Below, piece after piece: positions 1-7,432 of a stretch of DNA of 59,850 nt (its first letter is position 1; each line of letters starts with the position of its first letter). This DNA comes from a virus (Duplodnaviria; Caudoviricetes), in the IMG/VR virus record IMGVR_UViG_3300030098_002885, positions 1 through 59,850 of that record. One strand, given 5' to 3'. A program made the translations under genes and the position numbers. Below the pieces are notes generated by a model. It was not told where the DNA came from. It was given only the letters and a program-made list of their open reading frames with translations, and did no database searches.

Positions 1-10
1 AAGTATCCTC

Positions 11-208
11 TCAGCTTTTGTTATCATCATGCGTCCCTTCTAGATGCACCGATGCGGCGGCTAAAAAGAACCCGATGATAGGCAAGGATACCGTTGTTTG
101 CATATACATTCCAGACACCTCGCCATCTAGTACTATCAATCCTAGTACCATCAATGCGAACAGCATCCAGCACATATACGCGAGGGCCATGCTAATAAGT
201 TTCATCAT
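11..208 (-). CDS. Small membrane protein (2 predicted TM segments)
   Basis: 65-aa ORF with two hydrophobic stretches; start overlaps the stop of the upstream ORF. Confidence 0.6.
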   Translation of the reverse strand: MMKLISMALAYMCWMLFALMVLGLIVLDGEVSGMYMQTTVSLPIIGFFLAAASVHLEGTHDDNKS

Positions 209-630
209 CAGCCATCCCCCAACACTGTCTGCAAGTCTATCAGTATACTCTCTATTGCAGATAGCGACCTGTGCGTAGATGGTTTTATTGTATCCTCATC
301 TAATTGCACAGGCGTTCCCGTAGCGATAGACATAGCCCGAATTCTTTGGGCCACTTTAAGCCTCAGATAATCTGCTATCCCTTTAGGGACTGCGGTGCGT
401 CCACTAGACCAGTTATGGTACACGCTTTTAGTAAGCCCGAACAAAGCCCTTAATTCCTTCGGCTCCATATCAATGGCTAACATGCTGATCCTTAACTGGT
501 CAGGCGACATGGTTCTATTAGTTTGTCTAGGGTCCTCAGTCGGAATACTTTCCAAGAACCCTGCGTTCCTACGGCTTCGGTTAAACCGTGCATCTAATAA
601 TTGGTCAGGAACTCTCATATCACCCACCAA
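208..630 (-). CDS. XRE-like helix-turn-helix DNA-binding protein
   Basis: MSPDQLR...PKELRALFGLTKSVYHNWSSGRTAVPKGIADYL fits an HTH-XRE pattern; alternative ATG start at 618. Confidence 0.6.
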   Translation of the reverse strand: MVGDMRVPDQLLDARFNRSRRNAGFLESIPTEDPRQTNRTMSPDQLRISMLAIDMEPKELRALFGLTKSVYHNWSSGRTAVPKGIADYLRLKVAQRIRAMSIATGTPVQLDEDTIKPSTHRSLSAIESILIDLQTVLGDG

Positions 631-670
631 TATTTGAACATGTTCACGATTAAATCTACGATCTTATCCA

Positions 671-1195
671 TTATCTTACCCTCTCATACGAGCGACCAAC
701 TTTCCTTATGCGATGCTGTTTGCATAGAACCCGAACCCCACGCTCGTAATCAGTTTCGAGTAATGTTTCACCGTCCACCTTGGACATGAAAGCCGCTTTC
801 AGTTTTCTACCTGACATCACATCACCCTTTTTTATGCTGTCGAGTAGAACCTTAACCGCCTCTAATTTGCGGCGGCGTTTCATCAACTTCATCTGGTATG
901 CCGAAATAGCTTTGCACTCCGTCTGCACCGTCTGCACTACGGCGGCTTCGGTCTTACGCCTTTCCGCTTCAGCCTTCCTAAATTTCTCTTGGAGTTTTAG
1001 GAACTCAGCCCGCCGAGGATTTGATTCCCGATGATCAAGGAACCATGGGATGGTGAGAAGTAGGTCCATGTCTGTGTCTACGTCTGTGTCTGTGTCTACA
1101 GGTTTAGTTGCAGATGGTGTTACCTCAGTCGTCTGAGCTTTTTTATGGCGGGCCGTTATCTTTGCCCCAAGGTTTTCAATATGTTTACTGTGCAT
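671..1195 (-). CDS. Hypothetical early protein (basic, coiled-coil; VDTD repeat)
   Basis: 174-aa ORF overlapping its upstream neighbour in the leftward operon. Confidence 0.6.
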   Translation of the reverse strand: MHSKHIENLGAKITARHKKAQTTEVTPSATKPVDTDTDVDTDMDLLLTIPWFLDHRESNPRRAEFLKLQEKFRKAEAERRKTEAAVVQTVQTECKAISAYQMKLMKRRRKLEAVKVLLDSIKKGDVMSGRKLKAAFMSKVDGETLLETDYERGVRVLCKQHRIRKVGRSYERVR

Positions 1196-1898
1196 TGAGC
1201 TTCTCCAAAATTTTATCTTCGTGCGCTACGAATTTGTCTGCCATGTCTTTTCCATACTTGTCTACAAGTAGCCAATCTTCTGTCTTGTAGGCAGTCATGC
1301 TGATAGGTCCCTGCGTCTGCATCGTTCCTATCACCTCAGTCTTAGACTTAGGAAACCATTCGCTTTTGTTATTGATGGCGATAAGGAAAGCCTTATCTGT
1401 TTCCTTAGACTGCATCCCGTAGAACACCACTTGTGTCGCAGGGGCATGGTCTTTAGGAACCCATCTTTTCTTGGACACACTAGTGTCTAACTTGTCGGCA
1501 AGCCTCTCTATCGTTTTCTTATAATCATCTTTTGAGATGGTGTGTACTGTCTGCTCATCAATATACTTCGTACCACACCAGTCCACGACAAAACGGGCTT
1601 TCCATTCCGCATCTGTAAAAGTATTCGCGTCTAGAGCGGCCTCTATATTCTCCACCTTAGACAGGCTTTCCGATATGCCCAATGGTGTAGGCTTGATGAA
1701 CTTAATGCTGGCCCCGTACTGTGCATGGACATGATGGAACAGTATCCATAGAGGTTCTGTGTTGTTGACCTTTGAAGTCCGACCACACTTGTCGTTGGTG
1801 AACCCTATCGCAGGGAACGTATTTAAGTGATCAAAAACTGACATGATTTTTTTCCTTTCATAATCTGTCATTGAAGCTGACTGCTTCATGTAGGCCAC
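1185..1898 (-). CDS. Hypothetical early protein
   Basis: 237-aa ORF in a compact leftward operon; no recognised motif. Confidence 0.6.
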   Translation of the reverse strand: MAYMKQSASMTDYERKKIMSVFDHLNTFPAIGFTNDKCGRTSKVNNTEPLWILFHHVHAQYGASIKFIKPTPLGISESLSKVENIEAALDANTFTDAEWKARFVVDWCGTKYIDEQTVHTISKDDYKKTIERLADKLDTSVSKKRWVPKDHAPATQVVFYGMQSKETDKAFLIAINNKSEWFPKSKTEVIGTMQTQGPISMTAYKTEDWLLVDKYGKDMADKFVAHEDKILEKLNAQ

Positions 1899-1935
1899 TC
1901 GATTTCTATCGAATGACCTACCTGCTGTAGTCAGA

Positions 1936-4014
1936 TTAACCTGCTACCTTTTGCCCGTGTTTCTGGCTCTCCGCAATCAAGGTATCAAGAACCCTAGTGG
2001 ACAACTCTGAACCATGAGCGCGGTCAACTGCTACCTTAAACACATGCGACACATCTAACCCTATGCCTACACCAATGGCCTCAACTCCCCACTTCTCTAG
2101 GAGATGTGTAATGGAAGCGCAAACGTGTGACACACCGCCATCAGTTAGCACAATGACCACTTTACGTTCTTCTTCACGCTTCCTGATATGCAACCCAGCC
2201 CATGCAAGGGCCTCTTCTAGAGGGGTCCCCCCATTAGGGGACAGCTTGGATATGAAACCGCAACGGGCCTTCCAGTTCTGATTGAAGTCTTTTAACAGGG
2301 ACCCTCCGACACCCTCTACTCTCATCTCACCCCATTCGTTATTGGTATCGGTTTTACCTTCAACAAGGGTTGCACCCCCACTCGCGCTACCATAAATGTA
2401 ATCGTTATCAGGCTTGCCGTTCCCGTCTACATACACGGCCCTTTCACCATTTGCGAGTTCATACCGCCGTGTTTCTATCTGGGGGAATGATATGAGGTTG
2501 AACGGTACGCTAGCCTCTTCTAGCGCATCACCTATCACCGTTGCGAATTGCTTAACGGCATGAATTTGAGTGGCATGCATAGAAGAAGAGATATCGCACA
2601 GGATAGAAACACAGGTTCTATACCCATCTTTTTTCCAACGCTTATTGAATACCGTTGTTGAGCCACGGCGTAGTGCGGTCAGTTTACGTTGGTCTAAACG
2701 TCCAGCTTCTTGGTTCTTCTTAACCCCATGGCGGTCAGGGTTGGTCAGTAATCGGCCCAACTTATTTTTCGCAACGGCAGTTTGTGACAGCATTTCCTGT
2801 CTGATTTTGTTGACCTGTTTTACCCATCTTTTGTATGTGGGACGGGTAGGCAGTGGTTCCTTGATTAGAAGTATTTTATCAGCGTTGATAATACCTACGT
2901 TGTAATCCTTACCATGCCAGTCTTTTACGTCTGACTGGGTACGGTCCTTAATTTGGTCAACTAGGTCAGTGATGTCACGGCCTGTGTCCTCAGGGATTTG
3001 ATCATCCTCTAATGGGTTGGGCTTGGGGGCATTAGGGTTGCACCCTTCGCCTTCCTTTGTCTTGTCATCACTGGGGTTGTCATCGACAGGCTTATCATCG
3101 ACAGGCTTATCAGGATTGCCCATACGCCCATCATCATCAGGATTGTCATCGACAGGCTTATCAGGATTGCCCGTGCGTCCATTATCATCAGGGTTGTCAT
3201 CGACAGGCTTATCAGGATTGCCCATACGCCAGTCCTCATCATCATCATCATCAGGATTGTCATCGACAGGCGTATCATCAGGATTGTCATCGACAGGCTT
3301 CTCAGGGTTGCCGCGCGGCGGTTCTGGTAATTCCTGTTCACCTACAATATCCCGAAACCAAATAGCAATTTCTAGGATATCTGCCACGCCTGTAGCGGCC
3401 TCAATTTTCTGCACCGTCAGATCAAAAAATGCTTCAGCGGTCATGGTCTCCCCGTCCACTTCAACAGTCACTAGAGAGGCCCCTGTATTGATTTCTGCCT
3501 CAATTTTTGGAAGGCATCCATACAATGAATGGTAGGCTTTTAAGTTCACTAGGTATCCCCAGTTCCTCAAGTCGGTGATGGCAGGGACACCCTTGTTCGC
3601 GCAGTAAACCGTCAACGCCGTCAGGGACTTTTTAGCGTTCCCGAATTTGTGCTTGGCGATTAGCTCACGTTCCTGTCTAGGGTCCTCAAAACAGTTGACC
3701 AGTCTAGATACCTTCTGTGCTACGGCATCTTTCCATACAGCTATATCGGTATACAAGTTATGACCCATTTCATGGATGGCGTACCCATGAAAAATATCCG
3801 CTTCAAAACGCTTTAGCAGTGCAGTTGCTGGCAAAAATGGAAAGGATATTTCAGTGTGCAGTTTCCCTTTCCGATCATAGTTCCAGATAGTGCCAGCGGT
3901 GTTTCCCTTGGCAAACACATCAAGGGTTCCAACATCTACACCAGCATTAGTCAGACTGGTATGAATGGATTTTTGTAAACCGTTGAATAAGTCCTGTGCT
4001 ATTACATCTCTCAT
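1936..4014 (-). CDS. cobT: CobT-like vWA-domain protein with N-terminal HExxH domain and acidic repeat linker
   Basis: N-terminal IHEMGH and FEDPRQE; C-terminal vWA MIDAS elements DISSSM, GGTPL and VIVLTDG; adjacent to a CobS-like AAA+ gene; AAAGGAAAA RBS. Confidence 0.8.
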   Translation of the reverse strand: MRDVIAQDLFNGLQKSIHTSLTNAGVDVGTLDVFAKGNTAGTIWNYDRKGKLHTEISFPFLPATALLKRFEADIFHGYAIHEMGHNLYTDIAVWKDAVAQKVSRLVNCFEDPRQERELIAKHKFGNAKKSLTALTVYCANKGVPAITDLRNWGYLVNLKAYHSLYGCLPKIEAEINTGASLVTVEVDGETMTAEAFFDLTVQKIEAATGVADILEIAIWFRDIVGEQELPEPPRGNPEKPVDDNPDDTPVDDNPDDDDDEDWRMGNPDKPVDDNPDDNGRTGNPDKPVDDNPDDDGRMGNPDKPVDDKPVDDNPSDDKTKEGEGCNPNAPKPNPLEDDQIPEDTGRDITDLVDQIKDRTQSDVKDWHGKDYNVGIINADKILLIKEPLPTRPTYKRWVKQVNKIRQEMLSQTAVAKNKLGRLLTNPDRHGVKKNQEAGRLDQRKLTALRRGSTTVFNKRWKKDGYRTCVSILCDISSSMHATQIHAVKQFATVIGDALEEASVPFNLISFPQIETRRYELANGERAVYVDGNGKPDNDYIYGSASGGATLVEGKTDTNNEWGEMRVEGVGGSLLKDFNQNWKARCGFISKLSPNGGTPLEEALAWAGLHIRKREEERKVVIVLTDGGVSHVCASITHLLEKWGVEAIGVGIGLDVSHVFKVAVDRAHGSELSTRVLDTLIAESQKHGQKVAG
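3060..3311 (-). repeat. Intragenic tandem repeats encoding (G)NPDKPVDDNPDDD
   Basis: About six copies of TCATCGACAGG, mostly as GATTGTCATCGACAGGCTTATCA variants, in the CobT-like linker. Confidence 0.9.
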
Positions 4015-4060
4015 TTTTCGTTTTCCTTTTCTACTCTACTTCACTTGATGCTAAAGGTGC

Positions 4061-4099
4061 ATCGTATGCGGCCCCACTTCTGTGAGACCGCACGGCGAT
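4061..4099 (-). other. Intergenic stem-loop between cobS and cobT
   Basis: Minus strand UGCGGUCUCAC-AGAA-GUGGGGCCGCA with G-U pairs; no U tract, so more likely a processing/stability hairpin than a terminator. Confidence 0.55.
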
Positions 4100-4105
4100 A
4101 AACCC

Positions 4106-5626
4106 TCAGGAATTCCAGTCGATAATCCCATCACCGTCAGCGGCAGAATTCGCGTTTACCTCATCTGCGATTTCCTCGCCTGATGGTTCAACGAATTCTT
4201 CACGCCTGATCAGGGCTTCAACTTTTGCCTGATTTACTTGCTCAGAGAACAGGCCCCGTCCTACTTCGTAATCGTCAGGGGTGACGTTCCCTACCATCGT
4301 GACCTCAAAGGCCTCTTCAGCGGTAAACCCGTTTAGCACCGCCACTACAAAGGCCGTGAGGCCTCGCACTGATGGCATTAGGTTGGATGCCTGACCTTCC
4401 AGCGTTGCAGTCCTGAGGACCCTACCCATGGAGACCACTTGCTTTGCGGCGGCAACTGTCACCTTGGTATTTGAAGCAATTATTTTCGCTTCAATATCCG
4501 CTGTAGGGGCCTCAACTTTTACAGTGAAGGAATGTCTATCGGTCAACGAGGTATCCATTACCTTCGTACCGATAAACCGCCCGTCAGGGTCCCCAGTGCC
4601 GTTGGTATTGTCGGCAGTGATGAAAATCACACCGTCTGCAACGGGGACCTTTTCACCTGTTTCGGGAATGGTGATGGAACGGCCTTTACTCTCTAAGACC
4701 TGATTGAAGTAAACGAGGTCATCAGGCGAGGCCCTTGTGATTTCATCCAACAGAATGACCGCCTGAGGTTGGCGAATGGCATTGGTCAGCATACCATCTT
4801 TCCAATAGGTGGACCCGTCAGGCGCGGCCTGATATCCCCCGTTAATCTCCAGCCTAGACATCGTCCCGTCAAAGGTCAGCGCATAGAAGGGCCGTCCCGT
4901 GATGGATGCGAATTGTCTAGCGGCAGAGGTCTTACCGCTCCCAGCAGGGCCATAGAACCAACCCACAAATTTGCCGTGGGTTTGGTATCCCCCCAGCATT
5001 GCGAGAACCTTTGCGACTAATGGGTCCCACTGATAATGTGGGTCAAAGTCGTCAGCATCCCCAGCATCAAATATTTTCACTGGGAAGGCTGGCATGTCTT
5101 TTAACCCGAACAATTCGGGTGCAGATTTGTCTGCCTCTGCGTTCACGGTTTTGACCCGATTAGCAGGGGCCGATGCCGATACCGCTGGAGCGGTCCCGTT
5201 CCCAGCAACTGGAACTTCGACAATTTTCTCCACGACTTTCGGAGTGCGAGAGGCCGTGATCAACTCCGCAATACGGCCTTCCAATTCCTTGAACGGCAGG
5301 GCCATCACTGCCTCTAACTCTGCATCGACTTCAACAGGCTTTTCGGTGATGGTTTCGGGAACGGCCTTAGGGCCTTGTGGGATATCATCCACCGCAACGG
5401 CTGGCATTGCGGATTGCACGGCAGGGGCCATGGCAGGGGCCTTTGTCCCCTTTGGCTTGCCGTAGTCGGCAGGGTTGATACCTACCTCGACTGCTAAGTC
5501 TGTCAGTTGTTGCGCTGACAGAAGGTGAATTTTCACGCCGTCGAATTGCGGCAGGGTTTTGATGGTGTTAGACAGCACCGACTTTAAAGCCGTGCGCTGT
5601 TCGTTGGTGTATGAAAATTGGTTCAC
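4106..5626 (-). CDS. cobS: CobS/MoxR-family AAA+ ATPase
   Basis: Walker A GPAGSGKT, Walker B ILLDEITR, TADNTNGTGD and DRHS segments typical of CobS-like AAA_5 proteins; Pro/Ala-rich N-terminal extension. Confidence 0.85.
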   Translation of the reverse strand: MNQFSYTNEQRTALKSVLSNTIKTLPQFDGVKIHLLSAQQLTDLAVEVGINPADYGKPKGTKAPAMAPAVQSAMPAVAVDDIPQGPKAVPETITEKPVEVDAELEAVMALPFKELEGRIAELITASRTPKVVEKIVEVPVAGNGTAPAVSASAPANRVKTVNAEADKSAPELFGLKDMPAFPVKIFDAGDADDFDPHYQWDPLVAKVLAMLGGYQTHGKFVGWFYGPAGSGKTSAARQFASITGRPFYALTFDGTMSRLEINGGYQAAPDGSTYWKDGMLTNAIRQPQAVILLDEITRASPDDLVYFNQVLESKGRSITIPETGEKVPVADGVIFITADNTNGTGDPDGRFIGTKVMDTSLTDRHSFTVKVEAPTADIEAKIIASNTKVTVAAAKQVVSMGRVLRTATLEGQASNLMPSVRGLTAFVVAVLNGFTAEEAFEVTMVGNVTPDDYEVGRGLFSEQVNQAKVEALIRREEFVEPSGEEIADEVNANSAADGDGIIDWNS

Positions 5627-5650
5627 TGTATTTTCCTTTCCGAACCGTTT

Positions 5651-5842
5651 TTAGATCATGCCCATGTCGGCAAGTACTGCGAATTCAACGTGGGACATTT
5701 CTGGCATTGCGTCTGCTAGACCTTCGCATCCCTCGTGCTTCGCCCACGCATATTTTTCTGCGTGATCTTCGCAAAGGCCCTTGGCTAGGCCTTCCTCATA
5801 GAAGCCTTCTAACTGGGCTTCGACTTGTGGGTGCATACTCAT
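5651..5842 (-). CDS. Small acidic hypothetical protein, first gene of the early operon
   Basis: 63-aa ORF with AAAGGAAAA RBS directly downstream of a promoter-like sequence. Confidence 0.65.
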   Translation of the reverse strand: MSMHPQVEAQLEGFYEEGLAKGLCEDHAEKYAWAKHEGCEGLADAMPEMSHVEFAVLADMGMI

Positions 5843-5880
5843 GTTTTTTCCTTTCGGTTGGTTTAAAAAGTGTACCTCTA

Positions 5881-5908
5881 ATATAGTCGTAATAACTGTA
5901 AATTCAAG
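5881..5908 (-). promoter_or_regulatory. Promoter CTTGAA-N16-CTATAT for the early leftward operon
   Basis: Read directly on the minus strand; resembles alphaproteobacterial RpoH/RpoD boxes. Confidence 0.55.
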
Positions 5909-6315
5909 GCTTATGACGTAGTTTTTACAGTTTTCTTACAGCCTAACCAATTCCACTTAACCCAGTCGGAAACCCTTGGGGGATAGGGGCCAGCACAGTT
6001 TGCCAACGCTAGGCCTGTAATCTCAGACAGCCCGAAATGCTAGACAGTGTAGACAGACAGTCCCATGTCTAGCGGCCCTACCCGTGCAATGCTTCCGGGG
6101 ACCCGGATACCCGGCGCGAATTTTCCGGGCCGATCAGTCCAGCCGCCCTAGACAGTTTGACGGCCTTGGCAGACTGGGCATCCCAAGACACTGTCGAACC
6201 CCGGATTCGGTTTCTGCCGAGGCGAGGATTGACTGTGAACCTAGTGCCTATATTTTTGAGGGCTTAGAAAAGATGTTTAAATTTTTTTTATTTTTTTATT
6301 TTTAGGGGGCCAGAG

Positions 6316-6440
6316 GATGATGACAGTGATGACACCGATGACGCTGGATTTCTATTTAGCTTTCCCTTATATTATTAATAAATTAAATTATTATTATAAT
6401 TAATAGGATTAGCGTCATCCTCGTCATCACTGTCATCATC
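6316..6440. repeat. Origin-like element A: 30-bp inverted repeat of GATGAC iterons around an AT-rich spacer
   Basis: GATGAC at 6319/6328/6337 and GTCATC at 6414/6423/6432 (9-bp period); arms differ at 3 of 30 positions; spacer 6346-6410 is very AT-rich. Confidence 0.85.
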
Positions 6441-6453
6441 AGCGAAGGACCTC

Positions 6454-6945
6454 ATGGCTAGACGAATAAAAAAACGTCCCGATCAGTTACAGAGACTAGA
6501 CAGAGAACTCAACAAGATTGAGGAAGAGGAGAACTTATTTCAGCACCCCTCGTTCCTTGGTAACCAACGGCAATTTATAGATAAGCTATACACCAAGCTC
6601 CCTTCTCTGGCTGACCGTCTTGTTACTTATCTAGAAGCAGTTCCTGAGAGGGTCGTTAGTTCTAATGGAACCGTACAGATGCTGGTCCCAGAGGGAGCGG
6701 CTCTTACGGATGGGCAGTTACAGCTATATAAAATGATCCTTCAGAAGGGGCTACCTAACCAACAGCCTGTGAATATGAATGGAGACCAGACCCAACGGGC
6801 TGATGGTAAAGTTCATATCACTATCAATCAGAGTGGTCCTGAGATTGATTTTGAACAGACGGGCGAGGTTATCCAAGGAGTAAATACAGGCCAAGCTAAA
6901 CAGGTCGGTACTCTCTCCTTTAAGAAGCCAGAGGTGTTGAACTAA
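6454..6945 (+). CDS. Probable terminase small subunit
   Basis: First gene of the rightward operon, shortly upstream of TerL; 163 aa, basic N-terminus, C-terminal VHITINQ strand; AAGGA RBS. Call is positional. Confidence 0.5.
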   Translation: MARRIKKRPDQLQRLDRELNKIEEEENLFQHPSFLGNQRQFIDKLYTKLPSLADRLVTYLEAVPERVVSSNGTVQMLVPEGAALTDGQLQLYKMILQKGLPNQQPVNMNGDQTQRADGKVHITINQSGPEIDFEQTGEVIQGVNTGQAKQVGTLSFKKPEVLN

Positions 6946-7211
6946 TGATGGCATTTGTGATCACGGCTTTTGTGTGGACTAGTCATCCCACATTGCCCCT
7001 TGGGTTTATTGGTTCTAATCATATGTACAAGAGCCAAGCCATGTGCGAAGCGGAGAAGGATAAGAACGAAGCTGAATTTATAGCTAGTGTGGGAAACCAT
7101 ATCCTGACCTCTACTAACCCCCCACTTAAAGTTAATAAAATATATAAGTTGATTTGTATGACCCCTATAGAGATAACCCGTCTTAATACTTTATTAGGTC
7201 ATAACAAATGA
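6945..7211 (+). CDS. Small two-Cys protein with hydrophobic N-terminus (copy 1)
   Basis: Hydrophobic start, YKSQAMC, later KLIC. Confidence 0.65.
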   Translation: MMAFVITAFVWTSHPTLPLGFIGSNHMYKSQAMCEAEKDKNEAEFIASVGNHILTSTNPPLKVNKIYKLICMTPIEITRLNTLLGHNK

Positions 7212-7432
7212 AGGAACTAGTGATCTTAATAGTTATGTTTTTTCCTGATCCCCTCCATACAGGCCCTGATGCTCTTACTATTAACTCGTTTAACGGGACC
7301 CCGTTGGTCTTTAATACTGAAGACGATTGTGAAGAGTGGATTTGGGGAGACCTAGAAAACCTAAAAGCCTACGGTCTCTCTCAATATCCCGAAGCCGTGT
7401 CGGTCAAATCAATTAGTTGCGTCTATCCATGA
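7208..7432 (+). CDS. Small two-Cys protein with hydrophobic N-terminus (copy 2)
   Basis: Hydrophobic start, FNTEDDC, later SISC; ATGA overlaps on both sides. Confidence 0.65.
   Translation: MKELVILIVMFFPDPLHTGPDALTINSFNGTPLVFNTEDDCEEWIWGDLENLKAYGLSQYPEAVSVKSISCVYP

Noticed and set aside
3060-3311. GTCATC hexamers in cobT repeats as extra origin iterons
   Set aside because: Explained by Asp-Asp codons; they lack the 9-bp pitch and AT-rich core.
3009-3535. Alternative-frame repeat ORFs (172, 110 and 102 aa)
   Set aside because: Shadow frames of the cobT tandem repeat.
6084-6305. 73-aa ORF upstream of the origin-like element
   Set aside because: No RBS; runs through palindromes and a poly-T tract.
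6316-6440. GATGAC repeats as a CRISPR array or transposon ends
   Set aside because: The units are 9-bp iterons in inverted arms with no unique spacers; no transposase or target duplication is seen.
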